DNA from: Candidatus Saccharimonadota bacterium
Lineage (GTDB): Bacteria; Bacteroidota; Bacteroidia; Cytophagales; Amoebophilaceae
DNA length: 32,000 nucleotides
Assembly: GCF_965196625.1 (NCBI RefSeq)
Contig: NZ_OZ239769.1
Location: 300,001-332,000, forward strand
Direction: 5' to 3'
The position numbers were made by a program, and so were the translations under genes. Below the pieces are notes generated by a model that did not search any database, was not told where the DNA came from, and worked only from the letters and a program-made list of their open reading frames with translations. Below, in pieces: positions 7,954-17,224 of this stretch. The number at the start of each line of letters is the position of its first letter. Within the stretch, counting starts at the first letter, position 1.

Positions 7954-9768
7954 TCACGATGCATCTAGTAAGCGATCTGTATAACCTCTTATAAACGCAG
8001 CCAGTAATTCGCCTTCTAGAAGACCTTGCGCCAGTAGGGCCAATTGATAGGCCTGTTCTACCAATCCTTTTTGTGCTGCTTCATCACTGGTAGTGAGGAT
8101 TTTTTTAGCCAAAGCGTGGTTCCCGTTAATCGCTATATGCATCGACTGAAAAGTATTTTGTTTGGCCGCATTGCCTTGTGTAAATTGCGCCATACGCTTC
8201 AAATCCTCGGAGGTTATAAAGGAGACAGGTAGCTCCTCTGGTAACATGGCCGCTACATCCCAAGTAGTTTGCTCAGCGCCAATCATTTTTTCGTAAATAG
8301 ATTTTAACCTTTCTCTTTCTGCTTCTGTCAGACTATGCGCAATGGTCGTTTCTTGTTCAATGAGATTACCAATGGTATCGGTGTCAATGCCTTTAAACTT
8401 GACCTTATCTAGTTTATATTCAAGAAAATTAATAAAATTTGTATCAATCTGACTGTTCAACAGCAATACATCATATCCTTTTTGTTGTGCTGCTTGTAAA
8501 TAGGTCGCCTGTTTTTTAGGATCTGTTGTGTAGAGCACAACTAAGTTACCGTGCTTGTCCGTTTGATTTTTGGTTACGACATCTTTATACTCAGCGATGG
8601 TATGGTAGTGGCCAGCTGTATTTTGCAATAGTACGATGTCTCTGATTCTTTCATCAAACTTAGGATCGGTGATCATACCATACTTGATGAAAAGAGAGAT
8701 ATCATTCCATTTGTCCTCGTAAGCTTTACGATCTTGCCCGAAAAGTGTTTCTAACTTTTCTGCTACCTTTTTGGCAATATAGGTATTAATTTTTTTAACG
8801 TTGCTGTCTGCTTGTAAAGCGCTTCTGGAGACGTTAAGTGGTATATCAGGTGAATCAATAATACCATGTAATAAGCGTAAAAAGTCTGGAATAACCTCTT
8901 TTACATCGTTGGTAATAAATACCTGCCTTGCATAAAGCTGAATGGTTTCTTTTTGCTCAAAGTAGTTGGCTGCTTTAGGAAAATAGAGTATGCCTGTTAA
9001 CGTAAATGGGTAATCAATGCTCAAATGAATCCAGAAAAGAGGCTCTTCTGCAAAAGGATAGAGCGTTTTATAAAATGTAAGATAGTCTTCGGATTGTAGA
9101 TCTGCTGGCCGCTTGATCCATAGTGGCATGGTATCATTGATTACTTTTTTATCAAAAACGATTTCTATCGGTAAAAAGCGGCAATGTTTATCTAAAATGG
9201 CATGAATACGTTCTTGCTGCAGGAATTCTTCGGCATCTTCTGCAAGATGTAATATAACTTCTGTACCTACTTCACTTTTTTCGGTAGGATGTATTTCGAA
9301 GTTGGTGCTGCCATCACAGCTCCAATGGGTTGCTTGGGCATCTGCTTGATACGATTTGGTAATAATTTCAACTTTTTTGGCTACCATAAAAGCTGAGTAA
9401 AAGCCCAAACCAAAAAAGCCAATGAGCTGATGTTGATCTACTTGTTCTTTATATTTTTCTACAAATGCAGCAGCACCGGAAAAAGCAATTTGGTTGATAT
9501 ACTGCTTGATTTCATCAGCTGTCATGCCTAATCCACCATCTTTAATGGTAAGTGTTTTGGCTGATGTGTCAAGCAGCACCTCTACTTGTAACCCATCTGT
9601 AGTACCCTCATAGAGGCCCATAGCGGCTAGCTTTTTAAGCTTTTGAACCGCATCAACACCATTCGCCACTAATTCTCTTAAGAAAATATCCTGATCGGAA
9701 TAAAGAAATTTTTTAATAATCGGAAATATATGCTCAGTATGTACCGATATGGTTCCTTTTTCGTTCAT
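7954..9768 (-). CDS. htpG: molecular chaperone HtpG (Hsp90)
   Basis: 604 aa. The N-terminal GHKL ATPase block FLRELVANGVDA, plus GGLGMT and IGFFGLGFYSAFMVA, is a typical HtpG architecture. Confidence 0.92.
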   Translation of the reverse strand: MNEKGTISVHTEHIFPIIKKFLYSDQDIFLRELVANGVDAVQKLKKLAAMGLYEGTTDGLQVEVLLDTSAKTLTIKDGGLGMTADEIKQYINQIAFSGAAAFVEKYKEQVDQHQLIGFFGLGFYSAFMVAKKVEIITKSYQADAQATHWSCDGSTNFEIHPTEKSEVGTEVILHLAEDAEEFLQQERIHAILDKHCRFLPIEIVFDKKVINDTMPLWIKRPADLQSEDYLTFYKTLYPFAEEPLFWIHLSIDYPFTLTGILYFPKAANYFEQKETIQLYARQVFITNDVKEVIPDFLRLLHGIIDSPDIPLNVSRSALQADSNVKKINTYIAKKVAEKLETLFGQDRKAYEDKWNDISLFIKYGMITDPKFDERIRDIVLLQNTAGHYHTIAEYKDVVTKNQTDKHGNLVVLYTTDPKKQATYLQAAQQKGYDVLLLNSQIDTNFINFLEYKLDKVKFKGIDTDTIGNLIEQETTIAHSLTEAERERLKSIYEKMIGAEQTTWDVAAMLPEELPVSFITSEDLKRMAQFTQGNAAKQNTFQSMHIAINGNHALAKKILTTSDEAAQKGLVEQAYQLALLAQGLLEGELLAAFIRGYTDRLLDAS

Positions 9769-10057
9769 CGTTAATAGTAATTTATGGTTAAATCTATATT
9801 GTACGCTATTGTAACCTTAGGCTTGGCCAAGTATCCACAATAGCCAACCCAACAATTGACAATGCCACAAAAATCATGCCAATAGAGGGTATTTTCTTAA
9901 ATCTAGAGGTAAAAAGTTATTTATTTTGGACTCTTTCTAAGACGTGTTTTTTCTTTTTGTTTGTATATAGCCCTACTAATTTAAAGCGTATAGACAAGTT
10001 TCGACACCAAAATGACCATTAGCAATAGATTATGCAAGCGGTCTATTAAAAGCAGGC

Positions 10058-10690
10058 CTAGCGATTTGACTGAGTAGGAGGAGCTGCTTGCAGCACATTA
10101 GTGGCTTTTGACGTTAAGTTTGTTTGAATATCATCTTTAAAATTAACTGTTTTGTCATGTCCTCCTGCATAGGCATCAAATACATTCAATAGGCACCAAG
10201 CGGCTGCAATGATAATAAATAAGTTGCGTGTACGTGCACATTCCTTAATACGTTTGTCAACGTATGCAGGATTTAGTTTCTCATTATCATTATCATTTTG
10301 ATTCTTAAGCGAAATACATTTATATCTGTTCATTTCTTGGTGCTCTGAATAGATTCTATAGCCTACTAAAGCAAACCCCAAATAGAGGCAAGGCACTTTC
10401 CAATAATCCTTATTATACACTTGCCCCAGGCCAGGAAAAACCATGGAACTAATCCAAGCACGCTGTATCAGCGCTTGTGTACGCATGGTTTTACGCAGCA
10501 ATTCTGCTTCGTCTACCTTACTAGAAGATAAATGATTATAGTCATCTCGTACAAAATGCAACCCGCTGGGTGATTGATTCGTAACATTGCGTATAATTGG
10601 CCTACTTGGCCACGTAACCTTGGCCTGGCCAAGGTAGGTAAAGTGTAAAAAACCCATCACCATTAAAAAGAAACGATAGTGCACCTTCAT
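10058..10690 (-). CDS. DUF5683-family membrane protein (conserved partner downstream of parB in Bacteroidota)
   Basis: Signal-peptide-like N-terminus, the block SSMVFPGLGQVYNKDYWKVP.LY, and a position 3 nt downstream of parB. Confidence 0.65.
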   Translation of the reverse strand: MKVHYRFFLMVMGFLHFTYLGQAKVTWPSRPIIRNVTNQSPSGLHFVRDDYNHLSSSKVDEAELLRKTMRTQALIQRAWISSMVFPGLGQVYNKDYWKVPCLYLGFALVGYRIYSEHQEMNRYKCISLKNQNDNDNEKLNPAYVDKRIKECARTRNLFIIIAAAWCLLNVFDAYAGGHDKTVNFKDDIQTNLTSKATNVLQAAPPTQSNR

Positions 10691-10693
10691 AGC

Positions 10694-11590
10694 TTATTTT
10701 GTATTTGAGATGATGGAGAGAATTCTAGCTAGTTCTTCTTCAGAATCAAATGAAATTTTAATTTCACCTTGCTTTTGTGCATCTGCTTTTATAATTACTT
10801 TTGTGTTAAATTGCTGGGTTAATTGCGTAGTTGTATTTTTGAGCTTTGCTTTAAAAGAAGGATTAAAGTGTGTTTTAACAGTTGGCTTTTTCAGTTGGCT
10901 GGTAACAGATAAATCTTGCACGAGTTTTTCTACTGCTCGTACAGAAAGGGTCCCTTCTAGAATTTTTTTTAATACGCTTAGCTGTATTTCTGGCGTCTGA
11001 AGATTAATCAGCGCCCGTGCATGGCCCATAGATATTTTTTGATCCCGAAGCGCAATTTGAATATCAGGAGGCAATTTCAGCAACCGCAGGTAATTATTAA
11101 CCGTAGTTCTATCTTTTCCAACCCGTTCTGCTAATGCTTCTTGCGTTAATTTACAGTCTGTTAGCAAACGTTGGTAACTCAACGCAATTTCGATTGCGTT
11201 TAATGCCTCGCGCTGTATGTTTTCAATAAGTGCTACCTCTAATACATGGAGATCATCAGTGGTACGTATATAGGTTGGCACCTCTTCTAAGCCTGCTAAT
11301 TTAGCTGCACGCAAGCGCCGTTCACCAGCGATTAACTGGTAGGTCTGATTGCCTACTTTACGAACCGTAAGCGGTTGTATAATGCCATGTAATTTTATGG
11401 ATGCGCTTAGCTCATTTAGCGTTTCTTGGTTAAAGTCTTGCCGAGGTTGAAAAGGATTAATCGCAATGGATGCAGTCTTAATCATTTTAAAAAAACGCTC
11501 AGCAGCATCAGAAGATGCTTCTCCATGTGCGCCCTGCAAGAGCGCACTTAGCCCTCTACCTAGAACGCGATTTCCTTTTGTAGGCTGCAT
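10694..11590 (-). CDS. parB: chromosome partitioning protein ParB
   Basis: The blocks NPFQPRQDF, GIIQPLTVRK and LIAGERRLRAAKLAG plus an HTH block, with a position downstream of parA. Confidence 0.92.
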   Translation of the reverse strand: MQPTKGNRVLGRGLSALLQGAHGEASSDAAERFFKMIKTASIAINPFQPRQDFNQETLNELSASIKLHGIIQPLTVRKVGNQTYQLIAGERRLRAAKLAGLEEVPTYIRTTDDLHVLEVALIENIQREALNAIEIALSYQRLLTDCKLTQEALAERVGKDRTTVNNYLRLLKLPPDIQIALRDQKISMGHARALINLQTPEIQLSVLKKILEGTLSVRAVEKLVQDLSVTSQLKKPTVKTHFNPSFKAKLKNTTTQLTQQFNTKVIIKADAQKQGEIKISFDSEEELARILSIISNTK

Positions 11591-11611
11591 AATTTAATAT
11601 TTTATTATATA

Positions 11612-12379
11612 TTACTTCTTAGCGCTACTCGTAATTTCTTCAGCAAGGCTAAGATAACTAACGGCTCCTTTACTATCTGAATCATAAATAATGGCTGGCA
11701 TACCAAAGCTTGGTGCTTCACTTAACTTAATATTTCTTGGAATAATGGTTGCAAAGACCATACTCTGAAAATGTTTTTTGACCTCTGCTACAATCTGATT
11801 GGCCAAACGAAGCCGTGCATCATACATGGTCATTAATATGCCCTCTATTTCTAGATTGGGATTTAAACGGGATTGGATAATTTTAGTTGTATTCAATAGC
11901 TTCCCTAACCCTTCTAGGGCAAAGTATTCACACTGGACCGGTATAATTAAAGAATCTGCAGCAGTAAGTGCATTGATGGTAATCAAGCCTAAGGAGGGGG
12001 CGCAGTCCACTATAATGTAGTCGTAAGTAGACGTTATGGGCTTTAGGGCTTCTCTGATGCGCCCTTCCCTATTCTTAAAGTTGACCATTTCTACTTCTGC
12101 ACCAACTAGGTTAATATGAGAGGGCAAAAGATCCAGATTAGGGATACTGGTTGGTTGAATCAATAGTTTAGGATCTACAGCTTCGACAATGCATTCGTAA
12201 ATGCTGTATTCCACCTCTTCTGGTTTAATACCTACTCCGGAAGTTGCATTTGCCTGTGGATCAATGTCAATAAGAAGGGTATTCTTTTCTAATATAGCAA
12301 GACTTGCTGCTAGATTTATAGCAGTGGTAGTTTTGCCAACGCCGCCTTTCTGATTTACAATTGCTACGATTTTTCCCAT
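11612..12379 (-). CDS. parA: chromosome partitioning ATPase ParA/Soj
   Basis: Deviant Walker A motif [12 protein letters not shown]. The ATG at 12379 (MGKIVAI...) is preferred over the GTG at 12385. Confidence 0.92.
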   Translation of the reverse strand: MGKIVAIVNQKGGVGKTTTAINLAASLAILEKNTLLIDIDPQANATSGVGIKPEEVEYSIYECIVEAVDPKLLIQPTSIPNLDLLPSHINLVGAEVEMVNFKNREGRIREALKPITSTYDYIIVDCAPSLGLITINALTAADSLIIPVQCEYFALEGLGKLLNTTKIIQSRLNPNLEIEGILMTMYDARLRLANQIVAEVKKHFQSMVFATIIPRNIKLSEAPSFGMPAIIYDSDSKGAVSYLSLAEEITSSAKK

Positions 12380-12687
12380 AAACACTGCGATTTGCTCGCA
12401 TAAATTTTACAAATGATCAGATTACGCTCAAATCCCTGTTTTCCTATTTCCCGATTATAGTAGGGAAATCAGCAACTAAAAAATAAAAATCAAGTAAACA
12501 AAATAAAACTAATACTAGAAAAAGACTAAAAAAGTAATAGGTAAAGCCATAAGGACCTTATTATCTTATAATTACCATATTATATGTTGTGCTGATCTTC
12601 CAATCTATGAAAAAAATAAAAAAATATCAAAAAAGTTACGATGATTTGGCCAGGTAGTAAGCATCATCTATGTTGCACATAACCTGG

Positions 12688-14550
12688 CTACCTTCCTAAA
12701 TAGACGATTAATATAGAAATATCAGCTGGACGCACACCACTAATGCGAGAGGCTTGCCCTAGGGTAGCTGGTCTCTTCTTTTGAAGTTTTTCTAATGCTT
12801 CTGTAGAGAGTGCCTTTAGCTTTGTATAATCAAAATCATCTGGAATGGTATAGTGCTCTAATCGTTCCATTTTTTCTACAAGTTCTTTTTCTTTTAGAAA
12901 ATAACTTTCGTATTTAATCTGGATACCCACTTGTTGAAGCGCCTCTTGTGTATAGGCAGCTAAGGCATTTGCTTGCTGTTGGTCTAATGCAAGCAGGTCA
13001 TTCAAACCAATTTCTGGCCTTTTTAAAAGTGCATGCGCAGATTGGGTTTCATCTGTTAAGGCTGCACCTGATGCTGCTAAAATTGGACAGATCATTTCTG
13101 GTGCTATCTTCCATTTTTTAAAAAAATCAAAGATAGAAACCATCTCTTCTTTCTTTTTCAATACTTTTTGAAGCCGTTCTTCATCAGCCAGCCCTATTGC
13201 ATGCCCCCATTCTGTTAAACGCAGGTCTGCATTGTCTTGCCTGAGTAAAATACGAAATTCAGCCCGTGAAGCAAACATTCGATAGGGCTCTTCTGTCCCT
13301 TTTCCCACTAAATCATCTATTAAAACCCCAATATAGGCCTCAGATCTTTTGAATACCACTGGACTGAGTGCATTAATCTTTCTGCAGGCATTAATCCCCG
13401 CCATTAGGCCCTGGCAAGCAGCTTCTTCATAACCAGTAGTTCCATTGATTTGCCCTGCAAAATAGAGATGCTCAATCAGTTGGGTTTCTAGTGTATAGTA
13501 CAACTGTGTAGGAGGGAAATAATCATATTCAATCGCATAGCCAGGACAAATCATTTTTGCTTGCTCAAAACCAACTATAGCCCTTAACATCTTTAATTGA
13601 ATGGCTTCTGGCAGTGAAGTAGACAATCCATTTACATAAACCTGAATCGTATGCCAACCTTCTGGTTCCACAAAAATTTGATGGCGCTCTTTGTCTGCAA
13701 ATCTATCTACCTTGTCTTCTATAGAAGGACAATAACGTGGGCCCGTGCTTTGAATTTGACCATTATAAATGGGAACATCTGCCAAATTATCCTTAATAAG
13801 GTTGTGTACTGTTGGATTGGTATAGGTAATGTAACAATTTTTTTGCTGCTTAAGTGGCTCTTTGGTTAAAAATGAAAAACTGCCTGGCAAAGGATCTCCT
13901 GGCTGTGCTTCCATTCTGTCGTAAGCCAATGTTCTGCCATCTATACGAGGAGAAGTACCTGTTTTCATTCTTCCCGTCTGAAATCCCAGCTTTTGAAGCT
14001 GTTCAGTAATACCTGTGGCAGCCCTTTCTGCAGAACGGCCTCCAGCTATTTTTTTTGCACCAATATGGATCATACCATTTAAAAAGGTCCCATTGGTTAA
14101 AATAACCGCTTGGCTCTTTATGGTAATGCCCAGTGCGGTTTGCACCCCCTTCACCCTGCCCTCTTCTATAAGCAAGGATATAACCATATCTTGCCAGAAA
14201 TCTAGATTGGGCAATGATTCAAGCGCCCTTCTCCAACACTCTGAGAACAACCTTCGATCATTTTGTGTGCGCGGGCTCCACATCGCTGGCCCTTTTGAGG
14301 TATTTAACATTCTAAACTGAATTGCTGATTGATCTGCTATAATACCAGAAAAGCCCCCTAAAGCATCTATTTCCCGAATAAGTTGCCCTTTGGCAATGCC
14401 TCCCATGGCTGGATTACAGGACATTTGACCAATCGTCTGTAAGCTCATGGTAATCAGCAAAACCTTAGCGCCTAGTTTAGAAGCAGCTGTAGCCGCTTCA
14501 CAACCCGCATGGCCACCACCTACTACAATAATATCATATTCAAGTAACAT
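12688..14550 (-). CDS. mnmG: tRNA uridine 5-carboxymethylaminomethyl modification enzyme MnmG (GidA)
   Basis: FAD-binding N-terminus [16 protein letters not shown] and a full-length MnmG-like sequence. I prefer ATG 14550 ([13 protein letters not shown]), giving 620 aa (E. coli MnmG is 629 aa). The 36-codon extension to 14658 runs through a perfect parS site and a repeat element. Confidence 0.92.
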   Translation of the reverse strand: MLLEYDIIVVGGGHAGCEAATAASKLGAKVLLITMSLQTIGQMSCNPAMGGIAKGQLIREIDALGGFSGIIADQSAIQFRMLNTSKGPAMWSPRTQNDRRLFSECWRRALESLPNLDFWQDMVISLLIEEGRVKGVQTALGITIKSQAVILTNGTFLNGMIHIGAKKIAGGRSAERAATGITEQLQKLGFQTGRMKTGTSPRIDGRTLAYDRMEAQPGDPLPGSFSFLTKEPLKQQKNCYITYTNPTVHNLIKDNLADVPIYNGQIQSTGPRYCPSIEDKVDRFADKERHQIFVEPEGWHTIQVYVNGLSTSLPEAIQLKMLRAIVGFEQAKMICPGYAIEYDYFPPTQLYYTLETQLIEHLYFAGQINGTTGYEEAACQGLMAGINACRKINALSPVVFKRSEAYIGVLIDDLVGKGTEEPYRMFASRAEFRILLRQDNADLRLTEWGHAIGLADEERLQKVLKKKEEMVSIFDFFKKWKIAPEMICPILAASGAALTDETQSAHALLKRPEIGLNDLLALDQQQANALAAYTQEALQQVGIQIKYESYFLKEKELVEKMERLEHYTIPDDFDYTKLKALSTEALEKLQKKRPATLGQASRISGVRPADISILIVYLGR

Positions 14551-14563
14551 AAAACTGAAAACA

Positions 14564-14579
14564 TGTTTCACGTGAAACA
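14564..14579. promoter_or_regulatory. parS: parS centromere-like site, perfect consensus palindrome TGTTTCACGTGAAACA
   Basis: Exact 16/16 match to the canonical ParB-binding parS consensus (TGTTNCACGTGAAACA). It lies 14 nt upstream of the preferred mnmG start and about 2.2 kb from parAB. Confidence 0.8.
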
Positions 14580-14646
14580 CCCCATTAGGCATAAAAAGAA
14601 GATCTATCACCAAAGGGGTCAAAAAAGGATAAAGTATCTGTTCATC

Positions 14647-14920
14647 CAATGGCGTCAACTTAAGGAAAAGCTAATCTAATACAGAGATGCAAATGGATTG
14701 TTCGCATACTCCACCGCCGATGGCCGGAAATAAAAAGTTGGCACACAGTAAAAATAATGAAACGAGCTGTTTTTCTGATCCGCTGAACAACAGCTCGTCA
14801 GTAGAGTACAAGCTTACTGAAACACCAGTTTTTTATCGTCGGCCATTAGCGCTTTAACTTGACGAAATGGGAACCACCGCCCATTAAAATGATGTTTTAT
14901 TAGTATGTTCATCACATTGG
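14647..14920. repeat. composite intergenic repeat element E1 (core-motif family)
   Basis: It starts with CAATGGCGTCAACTTAAGG. It shares long blocks with 15605..15918 and, inverted, with 22157..22328. It also contains the block TTTTTTATCGTCGGCCATTAGCGCTTTAACTTGACGAAATGG..CCGCCCATTAAAATGAT. Confidence 0.8.
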
Positions 14921-14974
14921 TAAAAAACAACAGTTAGCTGATTTAGGGCCCATAAAAGGAAGTTTTAACCAATC

Positions 14975-15415
14975 CTATAGAATAGGTTTTCTTTTTATAA
15001 GAAGGCTATAACCAGGAAAGAAAAAAAAGATTTCTGATGCAGCTGTTTCATCTGAATCTGAGCCATGAATAGCATTATAATCGATAGAGGTAGCAAATGC
15101 TTTTCTAATGGTACCTTCAGTAGCTTCTGCTGGATTGGTGGCACCCATTAGTTTGCGTAGATCTGCTACTGCATGGTCTTTTTTTAAGACCATTGCGACT
15201 ACAGGACCAGAGGCTATGAAGCTACATAGATCTTTATAAAAAGGGCGATCTGCATGGACTGCATAAAAATGTTCCGCAGCGGTTTGGGTTAGCTGAAGCA
15301 TAGAGATGGCATCTATAGCAAAACCTGCTTTTTCTATCATGGCAAGTATAGCCCCAATTTGATTGGCACTAACTGCATCAGGCTTAATCATTGAAAATGT
15401 TTGTATTCCTTGCAT
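14975..15415 (-). CDS. ndk: nucleoside-diphosphate kinase
   Basis: The blocks FSMIKPDAV, RPFY..L..F..SGPVVAMVL, LMGATNP and NAIHGSD (catalytic His) are typical of Ndk. Confidence 0.9.
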   Translation of the reverse strand: MQGIQTFSMIKPDAVSANQIGAILAMIEKAGFAIDAISMLQLTQTAAEHFYAVHADRPFYKDLCSFIASGPVVAMVLKKDHAVADLRKLMGATNPAEATEGTIRKAFATSIDYNAIHGSDSDETAASEIFFFFPGYSLLIKRKPIL

Positions 15416-15604
15416 TTTGTATATTTAATTCAGTATGGTTTTCTCTGGCATTATGCCTACCAGTTATAACGTGAAAACATTCTATTGTGATATGGTTCAG
15501 CCTATATAAATAAGATTAAGTTTTAACGAAAGCACGCCTCTCCTTTCGAATAGGCTTTTAGAAGATAAATATAATACTTTTTAGGTCTTATCCAAGCATT
15601 TGCT

Positions 15605-15918
15605 CAATGGCGGGGGCTTAAGGAAAATCTATTCTAGCACAGAGAGGAAAATGGATTATTCGTATACTCCACCGCTCATTAGCGCTTTAACTTAACGCAA
15701 TGGAAACAACCGACCATTAAAATGATTTTATTATTGATAGTCAATAAAATATATTCATTAAGGTAATGCCATTGACCGTTCGTTAGTAAACTATAAGCTT
15801 ATTGAGGCACCAACTTTTTATCGGCGGTCATGGGCGGTGGAGTAATTGAGTCTACGGAATAAGGAATTTAATCCTCCCGTTTTCTTGAATTTGAATCGTA
15901 CCAGGTTGACGTCATTGG
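15605..15918. repeat. composite intergenic repeat element E2 with inverted termini (MITE-like)
   Basis: Left end CAATGGCGGGGGCTTAAGG; right end CCAGGTTGACGTCATTGG (inverted, degenerate). Internal inverted pair TACTCCACCGC ... GCGGTGGAGTA. It contains the ~85-bp U module at 15687..15774. Confidence 0.75.
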
Positions 15919-15952
15919 TCATTCCGCTAAATATCAAAAAATAGATTATATT

Positions 15953-15990
15953 TAAGACACTTGTGGCTTGGTAAGTCCAAAAGTGTCTTA
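15953..15990. other. 10-bp perfect-stem hairpin 19 nt upstream of the lipB start
   Basis: TAAGACACTT (18-nt loop) AAGTGTCTTA. Confidence 0.4.
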
Positions 15991-16008
15991 AAATAGAATC
16001 TCATACAG

Positions 16009-16719
16009 ATGGTACAAAATAAGGAAATAGCTGTAAAACAGTTGGGTTTGATAGATTATAAAGAAGCATTGACGGTTCAGGAAGCTTGCTATAAAAGCAT
16101 TGTAGATCGAAAGTCTGGCTGTTTTGCAGCTCAACCGCCTGTTGCTCAATCGGCACCTGCCGGTTATCTGCTTTTTTGTGAGCATCCCCCTGTATACACT
16201 TTGGGCAAAAGGGGATCTATGGAGCATCTGTTGGTAGATGCAGCTACACTACAAGCGCAAGGGATTGCCTTATACCATGTGAATAGAGGAGGAGCGATTA
16301 CCTATCATGGGCCAGGCCAGTTGGTGGTCTACCCTATTATTGATTTGGAAATTTTTTGCGCAGATATCCATCGCTACCTTCGTTTGCTTGAAGCCTCTGT
16401 GATAGAAACGTTGGCTTATTTCAATATTCCATCCACCCGTTTCCCTGGGCTAACCGGTGTATGGCTAAAAGCAGATCAAAAAACAAAACCGTTCGACCGA
16501 AAAATTTGTGCCATTGGCATTAGAGTAAGCAGATGGGTAACCATGCATGGATTAGCGCTAAACGTAAGCAATGACCTGGCGCCTTTTGGCCAAATTGTAC
16601 CCTGTGGCCTATCTAAAGCGGTAACGTCTATGCAACAAGAACTCAATACATCTGTTTCTGTACGGTCTGTATCAGACATGATAGAACAAATCTTTCTAAA
16701 AAAGTTAAATTGTGCGTAA
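16009..16719 (+). CDS. lipB: octanoyltransferase (lipoyl(octanoyl) transferase) LipB
   Basis: The blocks EHPPVYTLGKRG, VNRGGAITYHGPGQLVVYPI and KICAIGIRVSRWVTMHGLALNV are LipB signatures. Confidence 0.88.
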   Translation: MVQNKEIAVKQLGLIDYKEALTVQEACYKSIVDRKSGCFAAQPPVAQSAPAGYLLFCEHPPVYTLGKRGSMEHLLVDAATLQAQGIALYHVNRGGAITYHGPGQLVVYPIIDLEIFCADIHRYLRLLEASVIETLAYFNIPSTRFPGLTGVWLKADQKTKPFDRKICAIGIRVSRWVTMHGLALNVSNDLAPFGQIVPCGLSKAVTSMQQELNTSVSVRSVSDMIEQIFLKKLNCA

Positions 16720-17224
16720 CTTTTGCATCTATTTTTATTTAACTTACACACCACATGATCCAACTGAAAACGAACTAGATAATTTTAAGCGTATCTGTTC
16801 AAATCAGCGGTAAAAAAGGATTCTTGTTGCACTTTTTGCTTGATAAAAATGCACAAAAAATCAAGCGCTGATAGAAAAAGTTGCTGAAAGCACAGCTTAC
16901 AGATGAAAAGAAAAACAGTTCGTTGCAGTATTTTACTATATGCCAAATTTTTTATCGGCGACCACCAGAGCACGGCATACAAACAGTATAAACAAAACGC
17001 TAATACAAACCCCATTAAGTCCCCGCTATATGATTGAACAGGCACTAAAAACCACTGCGATGAACACATACCAAATTTTAATGCCTACCTATTGCAAGGG
17101 CCTCAAAATAATATAAGCATACAAAATATTTTATTATTATGTGAACGCACACAAAAATCAAAACACCTCCAATACTTCCTAAAAACCACGCCTTACTGCC
17201 CAAGCAGAGGACGTATAGCCATCT

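Noticed and set aside
9769-10057. Possible oriC or DnaA boxes near the par locus (for example GTATCCACA at about 9832), and the AT-rich 300-bp mnmG-parA spacer at 12386-12687.
   Set aside because: There is only a single near-consensus box and no cluster of TTATCCACA-like 9-mers in either spacer. The evidence for an origin is insufficient.
14551-14658. N-terminal 36-codon extension of mnmG in the ORF track.
   Set aside because: It runs through a perfect parS palindrome and into repeat element E1. The canonical FAD-binding N-terminus begins right after the ATG at 14550.
16785-17069. 94-aa ORF in the lipB-ankyrin intergenic region.
   Set aside because: It has no recognisable motif, a Cys/Leu/Phe-rich composition typical of AT-rich non-coding DNA, and overlaps a partial repeat module (about 16933).
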